Assembly: GCA_965223545.1 (NCBI GenBank)
Contig: OZ245006.1
Coordinates: forward strand, 5,696,001 to 5,760,000
DNA from: Planctomycetota bacterium
GTDB lineage: Bacteria > Planctomycetota > UBA1135 > UBA2386
Reading direction: 5' to 3'
DNA length: 64,000 nt
A model generated the notes under the pieces. That model made no database searches and was not told where the DNA came from. It saw nothing but the letters and a program-made list of their open reading frames with translations. The translations under genes and the position numbers were made by a program. Position 1 is the stretch's first letter. Each line of letters begins with the position of its first letter. Of this stretch, positions 35,235 through 45,621 are shown one piece after another.

Positions 35235-37055
35235 TCAGCGCTCGCGGATCGCGTTCGTCAGCAGGTCGAGCTGCTCGAAGAAGGAGCGCAGCTGGCCGAT
35301 GTCGACCGGCTCGCTGGGCACGCTCACGCCGAGGTCGTCAGCGGCGACCGGCGCCGCCAGCGGGTCGAGAATGCCGGCGATGCGGGTGGCTTCGGCTGCC
35401 TGTTCGTTCTCGCCGAGGCGCTTGAAGATCGACGCGGCGCAGCGGTGGACCAGCGGGTCGCCGTCGAACTTGCCGCGCGCCGACGCCAGCTGCTCCCGGG
35501 CGCGGTCGAGCTGACCGCGCAGCGCGAGCAGGCGGACGTGCGCCACCGCGGTGCGGGCGTCCGGCGTCTCGATGCCGTCGATCACTTCTTGCGCGTGGCC
35601 CAGGATCTCTTCGCGGCGTTCGGCGTCGGTCTCGGCGAGGTCGACCAAAGCCTCGGCGACCAGTGAGCGGGTCTCCTGCGTGGGCGCCAGCTCGAGCAAT
35701 CTCTCGAGGTCCCGCAGCATCCGGCCGTGCGCCTCGCTGCCGCCCAGCTGGCGCAGGGTGTCGATGCGGAAGTACAAGACGGCGGCGGTCGGCTCGCCGT
35801 AGCAGCGCTCGGCGGCGTCGAGATCGGCCAGCGCCCGGTCGAACGCGCGTTGGCGGTGGTGGGCCTGGGCGCGCACGAACCAGCCGAGGGGCTCGCCCGG
35901 CGCGGCGTCGATCGCCTTGCTGGCGGTCTCCACGGCGACCTCGAGGTAGGCGCGGCGCGCCTCGGTCGACAGTGGCTGCAAGCGCGCTCCTCGGGTGCCG
36001 TCGGCGAGGGCGATCTTGTTCTCGGCCTCTTGGATGTAGCCGCGCACCGCGTCGGCGCTGCGCTGCTGCCAGAGCAGGCCGCCGATCACCGACAACACCA
36101 AGACGGCGACCAGCAGCACGCTCTCCACCGGTCGCCGCGCCGCGGCCTGGCCGGCGCGCCGGGCGATGTTGGGTGGCCGCGCGTGGATGCGCTCGCCGTC
36201 GACGAAGCGCTGCAGGTCGTCGGCGAGGTCCTGCGCGGTGCCGTAGCGCCGGTGCGGGTGCTTCTCGAGGGCCTTGCACACCACCGTTTGCAGCGGCGTC
36301 GGGATGTCGTGGCGCAGTCTCCGCGGCGGGGTGGGCGGGCGGTCCAGCACTGCCTTGAGCACGCCCTGGGTCGTCGAGGCGGAAAACGGCGGTCGCGCCG
36401 TCAGCAGCTCGTAGAGCGTCGCGCCCAGGGCGTACACGTCCGAGCGCACGTCGACCTTGCCCCGGCCTGCGTCGATCTGCTCGGGCGCCATGTAGACCGG
36501 CGTGCCGACGATCGAGCCGCTCTCGGTCTGCGTGCCGGCACCGGCATCGCGGGCCAGGCCGAAGTCGGTGACGGCGACGCCGCCGTCGTCGCGCAGCAGG
36601 ACGTTGTCGGGCTTGACGTCGCGGTGCAACACACCGCGCTCGTGCGCGCTCTGCAGCGCGTGGGCTGTGGCGATGCCGATCTCCGCCGCCTGCACCGCGG
36701 GCACCGGACCGAGCGCGACCCGGTCGGCCGCCGACAGTCCGTCGACGAACTCCATGGCGATGAAGGCCAGCTCGCCGCGCTCGCCGAACTGCACCGCCGC
36801 CGGAATCGACGGGTGGCGCAGGCGCTTCAGCAACCCGGCCTCGCGCCGGAATCGCAACAGCGCGTTGGCGGAGCTGCCGCGGTCGAGCCACAGGACCTTG
36901 AGGGCGACGCGGCGCTGGTTCTCCCGCTGCGTCGCCTCGTAGACCACTCCCATGCTGCCGCGGCCCAGCTCGCGCAGTATCGCGAACTCGGGCAGGCGTT
37001 CGGCGACCTGGCGCCATCCCGCATCGGGCAACGGTGGGTCTGTGTCGCTGGGCAC
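35235..37055 (-). CDS. Hanks-type Ser/Thr protein kinase with TM and TPR domain
   Basis: LGRGSMGVVY, VALK, HRDVKPDN, TDFGLA, GTPVYMAPE, SDVYALG; TM (VLLVAVLVLSVIGGLLW); TPR-like C-terminus. Confidence 0.93.
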   Translation of the reverse strand: MPSDTDPPLPDAGWRQVAERLPEFAILRELGRGSMGVVYEATQRENQRRVALKVLWLDRGSSANALLRFRREAGLLKRLRHPSIPAAVQFGERGELAFIAMEFVDGLSAADRVALGPVPAVQAAEIGIATAHALQSAHERGVLHRDVKPDNVLLRDDGGVAVTDFGLARDAGAGTQTESGSIVGTPVYMAPEQIDAGRGKVDVRSDVYALGATLYELLTARPPFSASTTQGVLKAVLDRPPTPPRRLRHDIPTPLQTVVCKALEKHPHRRYGTAQDLADDLQRFVDGERIHARPPNIARRAGQAAARRPVESVLLVAVLVLSVIGGLLWQQRSADAVRGYIQEAENKIALADGTRGARLQPLSTEARRAYLEVAVETASKAIDAAPGEPLGWFVRAQAHHRQRAFDRALADLDAAERCYGEPTAAVLYFRIDTLRQLGGSEAHGRMLRDLERLLELAPTQETRSLVAEALVDLAETDAERREEILGHAQEVIDGIETPDARTAVAHVRLLALRGQLDRAREQLASARGKFDGDPLVHRCAASIFKRLGENEQAAEATRIAGILDPLAAPVAADDLGVSVPSEPVDIGQLRSFFEQLDLLTNAIRER

Positions 37056-37065
37056 GGCCAGTCGG

Positions 37066-37890
37066 TCAGAGTGCGTCGCCGATGCGCCGCAGCTGGGACA
37101 GGAGATCGGGGAGATGGTCGAGGACCAGCATGTTGGGCCCGTCCGAAGGAGCGCGGTCCGGGTCCTCGTGCACTTCCATGAACACGCCGTCGACGCCGCA
37201 GGCCACGGCGGCGCGCGCCAGGTAGGGCACCTTGCTGCGGTCGCCGCCCGTGCGGTTGCCGTCGCCGCCCGGCCGCTGCACGGAGTGGGTGGCGTCGAAG
37301 ATCAGCGGGCTGCCGGTGGCGCGCATGGTCGGAAAGCCGGCGAAGTCGACGACCAGTGCCCGGTAGCCGAAGCTGGTGCCGCGGTCGGTGATCATCACGT
37401 CGTGATTGCCGGTGCCGTTGATCTTGGCGATGACGTTCGGGATGTCCTCGGGCGCGAGGAACTGCCCCTTTTTGACGTTGACCGGCACGCCGGTGTTCCC
37501 CGCCGCCAGCAGCAGGTCGGTCTGCCGGCACAGGAACGCCGGGATCTGCAGGCACTGCACCACCTCGGCGGCGGCGCGCGCCTGGGCCTCGGTGTGAATG
37601 TCCGTAAGCACCGGCAAGTCGAGCGCGCGGCGGACGTCGGCGAGGATCTGCAGCCCCTCGTCGACGCCGAGTCCGCGGAAGCTGTCGACGGAGGTGCGGT
37701 TGGCCTTGTCGAACGAGCTCTTGAACACCAGGGGGACCTCGGCGGCGGCGCAGGCGGTCACCAGGCGCTCGGCGTGGCGCAGGGCCGAATCGCGGCTCTC
37801 GATCACGCATGGACCGGCGATCAGGGCGAACGGTTCACCCCCGCCAAAGGTCACGGGTCCGACCTGAACGCGGCGCGTGGTCACGGACAT
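37066..37890 (-). CDS. kdsA: 3-deoxy-D-manno-octulosonate 8-phosphate synthase
   Basis: IAGPCVIES, FKSSFDKANRTS, QIPAFLCRQT, KKGQF, FDATHSVQ.PG, SDGPN. Confidence 0.97.
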   Translation of the reverse strand: MSVTTRRVQVGPVTFGGGEPFALIAGPCVIESRDSALRHAERLVTACAAAEVPLVFKSSFDKANRTSVDSFRGLGVDEGLQILADVRRALDLPVLTDIHTEAQARAAAEVVQCLQIPAFLCRQTDLLLAAGNTGVPVNVKKGQFLAPEDIPNVIAKINGTGNHDVMITDRGTSFGYRALVVDFAGFPTMRATGSPLIFDATHSVQRPGGDGNRTGGDRSKVPYLARAAVACGVDGVFMEVHEDPDRAPSDGPNMLVLDHLPDLLSQLRRIGDAL

Positions 37891-37959
37891 CTCGGGATCA
37901 TAGCCGCGTGCCCGGGGCGGGTTGCACAGCGGGATCGGGTCCGATGATACGCCAAAGCG

Positions 37960-39066
37960 TCAAATTGGTCGGGGCGGAGCGCCGGAGGCGGCCGGGGCCA
38001 GGACCTCGAGCAGCGCCGCGGTCACCTCGTCGGTGTGCGCCGCCGGGCGGCCGGCGGTGGTCGCCTCGGTGGCGAGGTCGGGGGTCACGATGCCACGGCG
38101 GGTGACCTCGGCGACGGCCGCCTCGATCCGGTCGGCGGCGTCCGGCAGCTGCAGGCTGTGGCGCAGCATGAGCGCGCCGCTGAGGACCGCGCCGATCGGG
38201 TTGGCCACGTTGCGCCCGGCCAAGTCGGGGGCCGAGCCGTGGACCGGTTCGTACAGCCCGAACGTCGTCTCGCCCAACGACGCCGACGGCAGCACGCCGA
38301 GCGAGCCGGCGAGCATCGACGCTTCGTCGGTCAGGATGTCGCCGAACATGTTCTCGGTGACGACCACGTCGAAGTCGGCCGGTCGCGCCAGCAGGTGCAT
38401 CGCCATGGCGTCGACCAACTGGTGTTCGAGCTGTAGGTCCGGAAACTCGGCGGCGACGACGGCGTCGGTGGTCTGCCGCCAGAGGCGCGAGGTGGCGAGG
38501 ACGTTGGCCTTGTCGACCGAGGTCAGCCGGCCGCCGCGTTGTTGTGCCAGCCGCGCGGCGACGCGCACGACGCGTTCGACTTCGGAGCGCGTGTAGACGC
38601 ACCGATCGACGGCGCGCTCGCTGTCCGCCTCGCTGCCGCCGAAGTAGATCCCGCCGGTGAGCTCGCGGACGAACAGCACGTCGACGCCGGCGAGTCGCTC
38701 CGGCCGCAGCGGCGAGGCGGCGGCGCATGCCGGCAGCGGTGCCACCGGGCGCAGGTTGGCGAACAGGCCGAGCTCACGCCGCAGTCGCAACAGACCGGCC
38801 TCGGGGCGCGGGGCGTTGTCGGCGCCGGTCCACTGTGGGCCGCCCACCGCGCCGAGCAGGGCGGCGTCGGCCGAGCGGCAAAGCTCCAGCGTCTCCCGTG
38901 GCAGCGGGTCGCCGACCGCGTCGATCGCCGTGCCGCCGATGAGCGCGGTGTCGATCCGCAGCGAAACCCCGCTGTGGCGCGCGGCCGCGGCGCACACCTG
39001 CAGCGCCGCCGCGGTGACCTCGGGGCCGATGCCGTCACCGGGCAAGTGTGCGATGAGGGCGGTCAC
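37960..39066 (-). CDS. leuB: 3-isopropylmalate dehydrogenase
   Basis: LPGDGIGPEV, LGAVGGP, ANLRP, RELTGGIYFG, VDKANVL, NMFGDIL, EPVHGSAPD; GTG start at 39066. Confidence 0.96.
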   Translation of the reverse strand: MTALIAHLPGDGIGPEVTAAALQVCAAAARHSGVSLRIDTALIGGTAIDAVGDPLPRETLELCRSADAALLGAVGGPQWTGADNAPRPEAGLLRLRRELGLFANLRPVAPLPACAAASPLRPERLAGVDVLFVRELTGGIYFGGSEADSERAVDRCVYTRSEVERVVRVAARLAQQRGGRLTSVDKANVLATSRLWRQTTDAVVAAEFPDLQLEHQLVDAMAMHLLARPADFDVVVTENMFGDILTDEASMLAGSLGVLPSASLGETTFGLYEPVHGSAPDLAGRNVANPIGAVLSGALMLRHSLQLPDAADRIEAAVAEVTRRGIVTPDLATEATTAGRPAAHTDEVTAALLEVLAPAASGAPPRPI

Positions 39067-39257
39067 CGGCCGAGCCCCTCGTAGCGGCGCTGCATCGCGG
39101 CCAAGGCCAGGCGCACCGAGTCGGCGTCGGAGTCGGCATCGGAGAAGGCCTGGGGGTGCGGTCGCGGCTCGGGCCGCGGTGCGCCGGTGGTCGCTCGCGG
39201 GCGGCCGGCAGACGGCGTCGCGATTGGCGGCGCCGCTGGTTCGTCGGGTCGGTTCAT
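39063..39257 (-). CDS. Small 64-aa hypothetical protein inside the leu operon
   Basis: ATGA overlap with leuD stop and GTGA overlap with leuB start; fills the whole gap between them. Confidence 0.55.
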   Translation of the reverse strand: MNRPDEPAAPPIATPSAGRPRATTGAPRPEPRPHPQAFSDADSDADSVRLALAAMQRRYEGLGR

Positions 39258-39829
39258 GGTCTGGCAGTCTCGAAGGCGGTGATCTGAGGGGCGTGCTGCA
39301 GCAGGAAGCCGAGCTCATCGATGCCCTGCAGCAGGCAGTGGCGGGCGAAGTCGTCGATCGCGAACGGCACGTCGCCGAGGCCGTCGGCACGCAGCTGTCG
39401 CGCGCGCAGGTCGATCTCGACCGTGGCGAACGGCCGCTGCAGCAACCACTCGTGGGCGGTGCCGTCGATCTCGGCGGTGACGATGCCGTTCTTCTGCGCG
39501 TTGCTGCGAAAGATGTCGGCGAGGTCGGTGCTCACCACCGCGCGGAAGCCGGCGTCGTGCAGCGCCCACGCGGCGTGCTCGCGCGACGAGCCACAGCCGA
39601 AATTGGCGCCGGCGATCAGGATCCGGGCGCCGTCGGCGCGGGGGTCGTCCAGCGGGCAGCCCGGCTGTCCGCGCCAGTCGTGGAACGCGTGGCGGCCGAG
39701 TCCGTCGCGCGCGGTGGTCACCAGGAAGCGAGCCGGAATGATCTGGTCGGTGTCGATGTCGGCCGCCGGCAGGACGACGGTGTGCGAGCGCAGCCGCTCG
39801 ATCGGCTGGCGGGAATTGGGTTCAGGCAT
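39254..39829 (-). CDS. leuD: 3-isopropylmalate dehydratase small subunit
   Basis: [40 protein letters not shown]. Confidence 0.97.
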   Translation of the reverse strand: MPEPNSRQPIERLRSHTVVLPAADIDTDQIIPARFLVTTARDGLGRHAFHDWRGQPGCPLDDPRADGARILIAGANFGCGSSREHAAWALHDAGFRAVVSTDLADIFRSNAQKNGIVTAEIDGTAHEWLLQRPFATVEIDLRARQLRADGLGDVPFAIDDFARHCLLQGIDELGFLLQHAPQITAFETARP

Positions 39830-41242
39830 GGATGGTCTCCGGGCGGTCGGCGATCATCGGCCGGGGGTCGGCGACGTGCCCCTTCACCGCGGAAGCGGCG
39901 GCCACCAGGGGGCTGGCGAGCAGAGTGCGCGCACCCGGACCCTGACGGCCGGCGAAGTTGCGGTTGCTGGTGCTGATCGCGTAGCTGCCGGCCTCGACGC
40001 GGTCGCCGTTCATGGCGATGCACATCGAGCAGCCGGGCTCGCGCCACTCGCCACCGGCGGCGGTGACGGCCGCGGCGATGCCCTCGGCCTCGGCCGCCGC
40101 CTGCACCTGCTCGGAGCCGGGTACGACGACCAGCCGCACGCCGTCGGCGACGCGCCGGCCGCGCAGCACCGCGGCAGCGGCGCGCAGGTCGCCGAGCCGG
40201 CCGTTGGTGCAGCTGCCGATGAAGGCGACGTCGATGCGCTGGTCGGCGATCGCGCGGCCGGGCGTCAGGCCCATGTAGTCCAGCGCGGCGGCCTCGAGTG
40301 CGTCGCGCGCCGGCGGCACCCGCTCGTCGACCGCGATGGCCATGCCCGGGTGGGTGCCGTAGGTGACCTGCGGGGCCAGGTGCGAGACATCGAGCACGTG
40401 CTCGGTGTCGTAGCTTGCGTCGGGGTCGGCGCGCCACTGCTCGCAGTGCGCGGCGGCGTCGGCGACCCGGGCGGCGTGCTCGGGCGCGGCGAGCCGCTGC
40501 AAGAAGTCGGCGGTCACCGCGTCGGCGCCGATCATCCCGGCGCGGGCACCGGCCTCGATCGACATGTTGCACAGGGTCATGCGCTGCTCCATGTCCAAGG
40601 CCCGCACGCTGTCACCGCGATACTCGAGCACGCTGCCCGCACCGCCGCCGGGCCCGAGCGCGCGGACCACGGCGAGGGCGACGTCCTTGGCGCCGGTGCC
40701 GCGCGGCAGTGCGCCGCGCAGCTCGATGCCGGTGCTCTTCGGCTTGCGCTGCAGTAAGCACTGGCTGGCCAGCACGTGGCCGACTTCGGTGGTGCCGATG
40801 CCGAACGCGAGCGCGCCGAATGCGCCGTGGGTGCTGGTGTGACTGTCGCCGCACACGATCGTGCTGCCCGGCAGGGTCAGGCCGAGCTCGGGGCCGATGA
40901 CGTGCACGATGCCGCGACGGCCGCTGCCCGGGGCATGCAGGCGGATGCCGTGCGCGGCGCAGCTGGCCGCCAGCGCCTCGATCTGCGCGCGCGCCGCGTC
41001 GGTGAGGCCGGGCCAGCTGCCGTCCGCGCCGCGCGGCGTGGTCGGCGTCGAGTGGTCCATCGTCGCCACCGTGCGCTCCGGCCGGCGCACGGGCAGGCCG
41101 CGCGCAGCCAGCGCCGCGAACGCCTGCGGCGACGTCACCTCGTGCAGCAGGTGCAGATCGACGTACAGCACTGCCGGGGTGTCCGCCGACTCGGCGACGA
41201 CGACGTGCGCGTCCCAGATCTTGTCGAGCAGGGTGCGCGCGC

Positions 41243-41246
<4 letters not shown>
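39822..41246 (-). CDS. leuC: 3-isopropylmalate dehydratase large subunit
   Basis: [60 protein letters not shown] in ATGA overlap with leuA stop. Confidence 0.97.
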
Positions 41247-42847
<1,601 letters not shown>

Positions 42848-42961
42848 GGTTTTCGGCGGTGGTGCGCGCGCCGGCCACGTCTCCCCGGAAGCGGATGCCG
42901 AGTTTCGGCCTGCTCCCGGGGGGCGCGGGCCGTCGTCGCGGATCGGGGTTCGGTCCTGGTG

Positions 42962-43135
42962 CTACGCCGGCGCGCCCGCAAGCGGGCTGAGTCGCTCCTC
43001 GAGGGCGGGAGCGACCGCGGTGGTAAGTCGTCCGCTCGGGCGGCGGACGGCGCGCGGCGCCGGGGCTGCGGGTGACCCGACGGACGGGGCGCGGTGGGTG
43101 TGCGCGCGTTCGTCGTGGATCGGGGTGGTCCGCAT
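42962..43135 (-). other. Candidate leader ORF (57 aa) with hairpins upstream of leuA
   Basis: ATG 10 nt after the -10 box; all 4 Leu codons lie in the last 21 codons, overlapping inverted repeats. Confidence 0.35.
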
Positions 43136-43145
43136 GGGGGCGCGA

Positions 43146-43174
43146 ATGCTGCGTGACGCTGGCCGTCCCGTCAA
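43146..43174 (-). promoter_or_regulatory. Putative sigma-70 promoter of the leu operon
   Basis: Minus strand TTGACG - 17 nt - CAGCAT. Confidence 0.55.
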
Positions 43175-44103
43175 GGGGGGGGCCGAACACTTCCGCCTGC
43201 CTCGTGGCGAGCCTCGCCGACCACCAGCCGCACGCGGCGGTCGGTGAGCGCGATGTGCAGCGGCGTGTGGAAGCCGCCGTCGCCGTCGAGATGCGCGGGC
43301 TCGGGCACCGGGCTGTCGATGGTGACTGGGCCGTCGGTGCGCAGGTGGATCAGGTGGCGCGAAGGTCGCAGCCGGCCGGTCCGGCCGGCTGCGCCGAGTG
43401 AAAGGTAGCGCAGCGGGCCGCAGCGCGGGATCGCCACGATGTGCAGGCAGTCGTCGCGCGGGTCGATGCCGGCCGGCAGGCGAATGCCATTGGCGTAGTG
43501 GCCGACGCGGGTGACGAGCACCTGACCGAGGCCTTCGATGCGGCGACCGTCGACGGTGGCCGCCAGGTCTGCCTGCGGGCGGCCCCAAAGCTCGCACAGC
43601 GTCGGCCACAGCCACTGCCGCATGCCGCCCTTGCCACCGCGCCGTGCGCGGCGCACCTCGACGCGCTCGACGATGCGGGCGTCGACGCCGGCGCCGGCGA
43701 ACAAGAAGAACAGCCGCTCGCCGCAGCGCGCCAGCCGAGTCTCGATGGTATGGCTGGCGGCGATCGCGGCGGCGCAGCCGCCGGCGTCGCGCGGCAGCGC
43801 CGCGGCCTGCGCCCAGACGTTGGCGGTGCCCGACGGCAAGACGGCCACCGGGGGGCTGTCCGGGGCGAGGCCGTTGAGCACGTCGGCCACTGAGCCGTCG
43901 CCGCCGACAACGGCCACGGCGCGCCGCTCGGCGTCGGGTGGCAGGGCTTTGGCCGCGGCGGTGCCGTCGCGGTCGGGCGTGGTTTCGACCAGCTCGGGTT
44001 GTAGGCCGATGGCGGTCAGTGCGTCGGCGAGGGCGCGGGCGCGCGCCGCGCCGCGTCCGCCGCCGGACACGGGGTTGGCGATGATGGTCACGCGACCCGG
44101 CAT
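43171..44103 (-). CDS. Diacylglycerol kinase family (YegS/DAGK-like) lipid kinase
   Basis: IANPVSGGG, VGGDGS, LPSGTAN, AGAGVDA, HLDGD. Confidence 0.9.
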   Translation of the reverse strand: MPGRVTIIANPVSGGGRGAARARALADALTAIGLQPELVETTPDRDGTAAAKALPPDAERRAVAVVGGDGSVADVLNGLAPDSPPVAVLPSGTANVWAQAAALPRDAGGCAAAIAASHTIETRLARCGERLFFLFAGAGVDARIVERVEVRRARRGGKGGMRQWLWPTLCELWGRPQADLAATVDGRRIEGLGQVLVTRVGHYANGIRLPAGIDPRDDCLHIVAIPRCGPLRYLSLGAAGRTGRLRPSRHLIHLRTDGPVTIDSPVPEPAHLDGDGGFHTPLHIALTDRRVRLVVGEARHEAGGSVRPPP

Positions 44104-44108
44104 GGCCG

Positions 44109-44141
44109 GTTGACGTAGCCGGGGCGGGCGCCTACGTCAAC
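44109..44141. promoter_or_regulatory. 10-bp inverted repeat forming a symmetric divergent promoter/operator
   Basis: GTTGACGTAG-N13-CTACGTCAAC in the 43-nt gap between divergent ATGs at 44103 and 44147. Confidence 0.55.
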
Positions 44142-44146
44142 GCACG

Positions 44147-44974
44147 ATGCCCGACCCGACCTCCCCGCCCGCCCCCGATCTGGTGCTACTGACCGGCGCG
44201 ACCGGCTACTTGGGGCGCCTTCTGCGCGATGCTCTGCTCCAGCGCGGCCTGTGCGTGCGCTGCGCCGGCCGCCACCCGGCCGCCGACGTATCGCTGGACC
44301 TGTCCGCCCCGGCCGCCGTCGCGCGCGCGGTGGCGGCCAGCGGCGCCGACTTGGTGATCAACGCCGCGGCGCTGTCGACGATGGGGGGCTGCGATGCCGA
44401 CCCGGACCTCGCGCGCGCGGTCAACACCGACGCCGTGCGTGCCATGGCCACCGCGGGTCCCCGGGTGCTGCAGGTCTCGACCGACCTCGTGTTCGACGGC
44501 GATCACGCGCCGTACGCGGCGCACGCGGCGCCGCGCCCGACCAGCGTCTACGGCCGCACCAAGGCTGCGGCGGAGGAGGCGGTGGTCGCGGCCGGCGGCG
44601 TTGTGGCGCGCATTCCGCTGCTGTTCGGCCCGAGTGTCGACGGCGGGCGGGGCGCCACCGACATGATCCGCCGCGCGACCGGCACGGTCCGCCTGTTCCG
44701 CAACGAGTTCCGCACCCCCATGCACGTCGCCGACGCCGCGCGCGGCCTGGTCGAGCTGGCCCTGGAGCCGGTGCGCGGCACCGTTCGCCACCTCGCCGGT
44801 CCCGAGTCCCTGTCGCGGCTGGCGTTGGGCGAGCGTTTCGTTGTGGCCGCGGGCTTGCGCGATGCCCGCATCGAGGGCGTGGACTGCAGTGACCCGGCAC
44901 GGCCGCGCGACGTGTCGCTGCGCACCGATTGGGACTGCGGCCGCAGCTTGGACGAAGCGCTGGCTGCGTCTTGA
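44147..44974 (+). CDS. dTDP-4-dehydrorhamnose reductase (RmlD)-like SDR
   Basis: TGATGYLG, INAAA, STDLVFDG, YGRTK, TPMHVAD. Confidence 0.85.
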   Translation: MPDPTSPPAPDLVLLTGATGYLGRLLRDALLQRGLCVRCAGRHPAADVSLDLSAPAAVARAVAASGADLVINAAALSTMGGCDADPDLARAVNTDAVRAMATAGPRVLQVSTDLVFDGDHAPYAAHAAPRPTSVYGRTKAAAEEAVVAAGGVVARIPLLFGPSVDGGRGATDMIRRATGTVRLFRNEFRTPMHVADAARGLVELALEPVRGTVRHLAGPESLSRLALGERFVVAAGLRDARIEGVDCSDPARPRDVSLRTDWDCGRSLDEALAAS

Positions 44975-44991
44975 TGGCGGTGGGGACCGGT

Positions 44992-45022
44992 GAAGTGATG
45001 AATCGGAGCCAGGCTCCGTACT
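44992..45022 (-). repeat. 31-bp palindromic intergenic repeat, copy 1
   Basis: Minus strand AGTACGGAGCCTGGCTCCGATTCATCACTTC; 30/31 identical to 51230-51260; starts 1 nt after the rmlC-like stop. Confidence 0.8.
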
Positions 45023-45023
45023 T

Positions 45024-45557
45024 TCAGCCTCGGGTGATCTCCCAGACTTCGGGGCCGAGGTAGTCCCAGGGCAGGCGGCCCTCGTCGCACTGGTCGTCGG
45101 TGGAGAACTGCACGTCGACCATGTAGATGATGCGCGCGGTGGAGTCGCCGATGTTGCGGCAGCCGTGCGCCACCCCCGGCGGAATGCGCACTAGCCGGCT
45201 GTTGCCGTCGCCGAGCACGAAGCGCATCGTGGTGCCCTCGGACGGCGAGCCCTCGCGGCAGTCGTGCAGCACCAGCAGCAGCTTGTCGCTGGGCGGCACG
45301 TACCACACGTCGGTTTGCCGGCGGTGCAGGTGGTAGGCCTTGATGGCGCCGGCGCCGAGCTCGCTGTAGTTGATCTGTCGGGCCTCGAAGCCGGGCAGCT
45401 GGGCGTGTTGGCCCGCGGTCAGCCGGCCCAGCTCGGTCATCGCGCCGCCGTCGTCGTTGAAGCGGCGCAGCTCGACGGTCTCGACGTCGGCGATGCGCTG
45501 CGTGCCGGAGTAGTCCTGCACGCTGTAGGCGGCGCGCGCTCGGTCGTTGAGTTCCAC
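45024..45557 (-). CDS. dTDP-4-dehydrorhamnose 3,5-epimerase (RmlC)-like cupin
   Basis: F.DDGG.MTE, IKAYHLH..QTD, DCREGSPS, IPPGVAHG, DEGRLPWD. Confidence 0.85.
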   Translation of the reverse strand: MELNDRARAAYSVQDYSGTQRIADVETVELRRFNDDGGAMTELGRLTAGQHAQLPGFEARQINYSELGAGAIKAYHLHRRQTDVWYVPPSDKLLLVLHDCREGSPSEGTTMRFVLGDGNSRLVRIPPGVAHGCRNIGDSTARIIYMVDVQFSTDDQCDEGRLPWDYLGPEVWEITRG

Positions 45558-45621
45558 TTTGGGGTTCGCTGGCGGGGGTCTCGAAGGAGTGCCTTGAGGC
45601 CTTGCGTCCCCGGCCCCGGCC

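Noticed and set aside
43000..43030. Possible T-box (GGTGG) motif in the leuA leader
   Set aside because: The GCGGTGGTA string is on the non-coding strand, and no specifier stem or terminator is evident.
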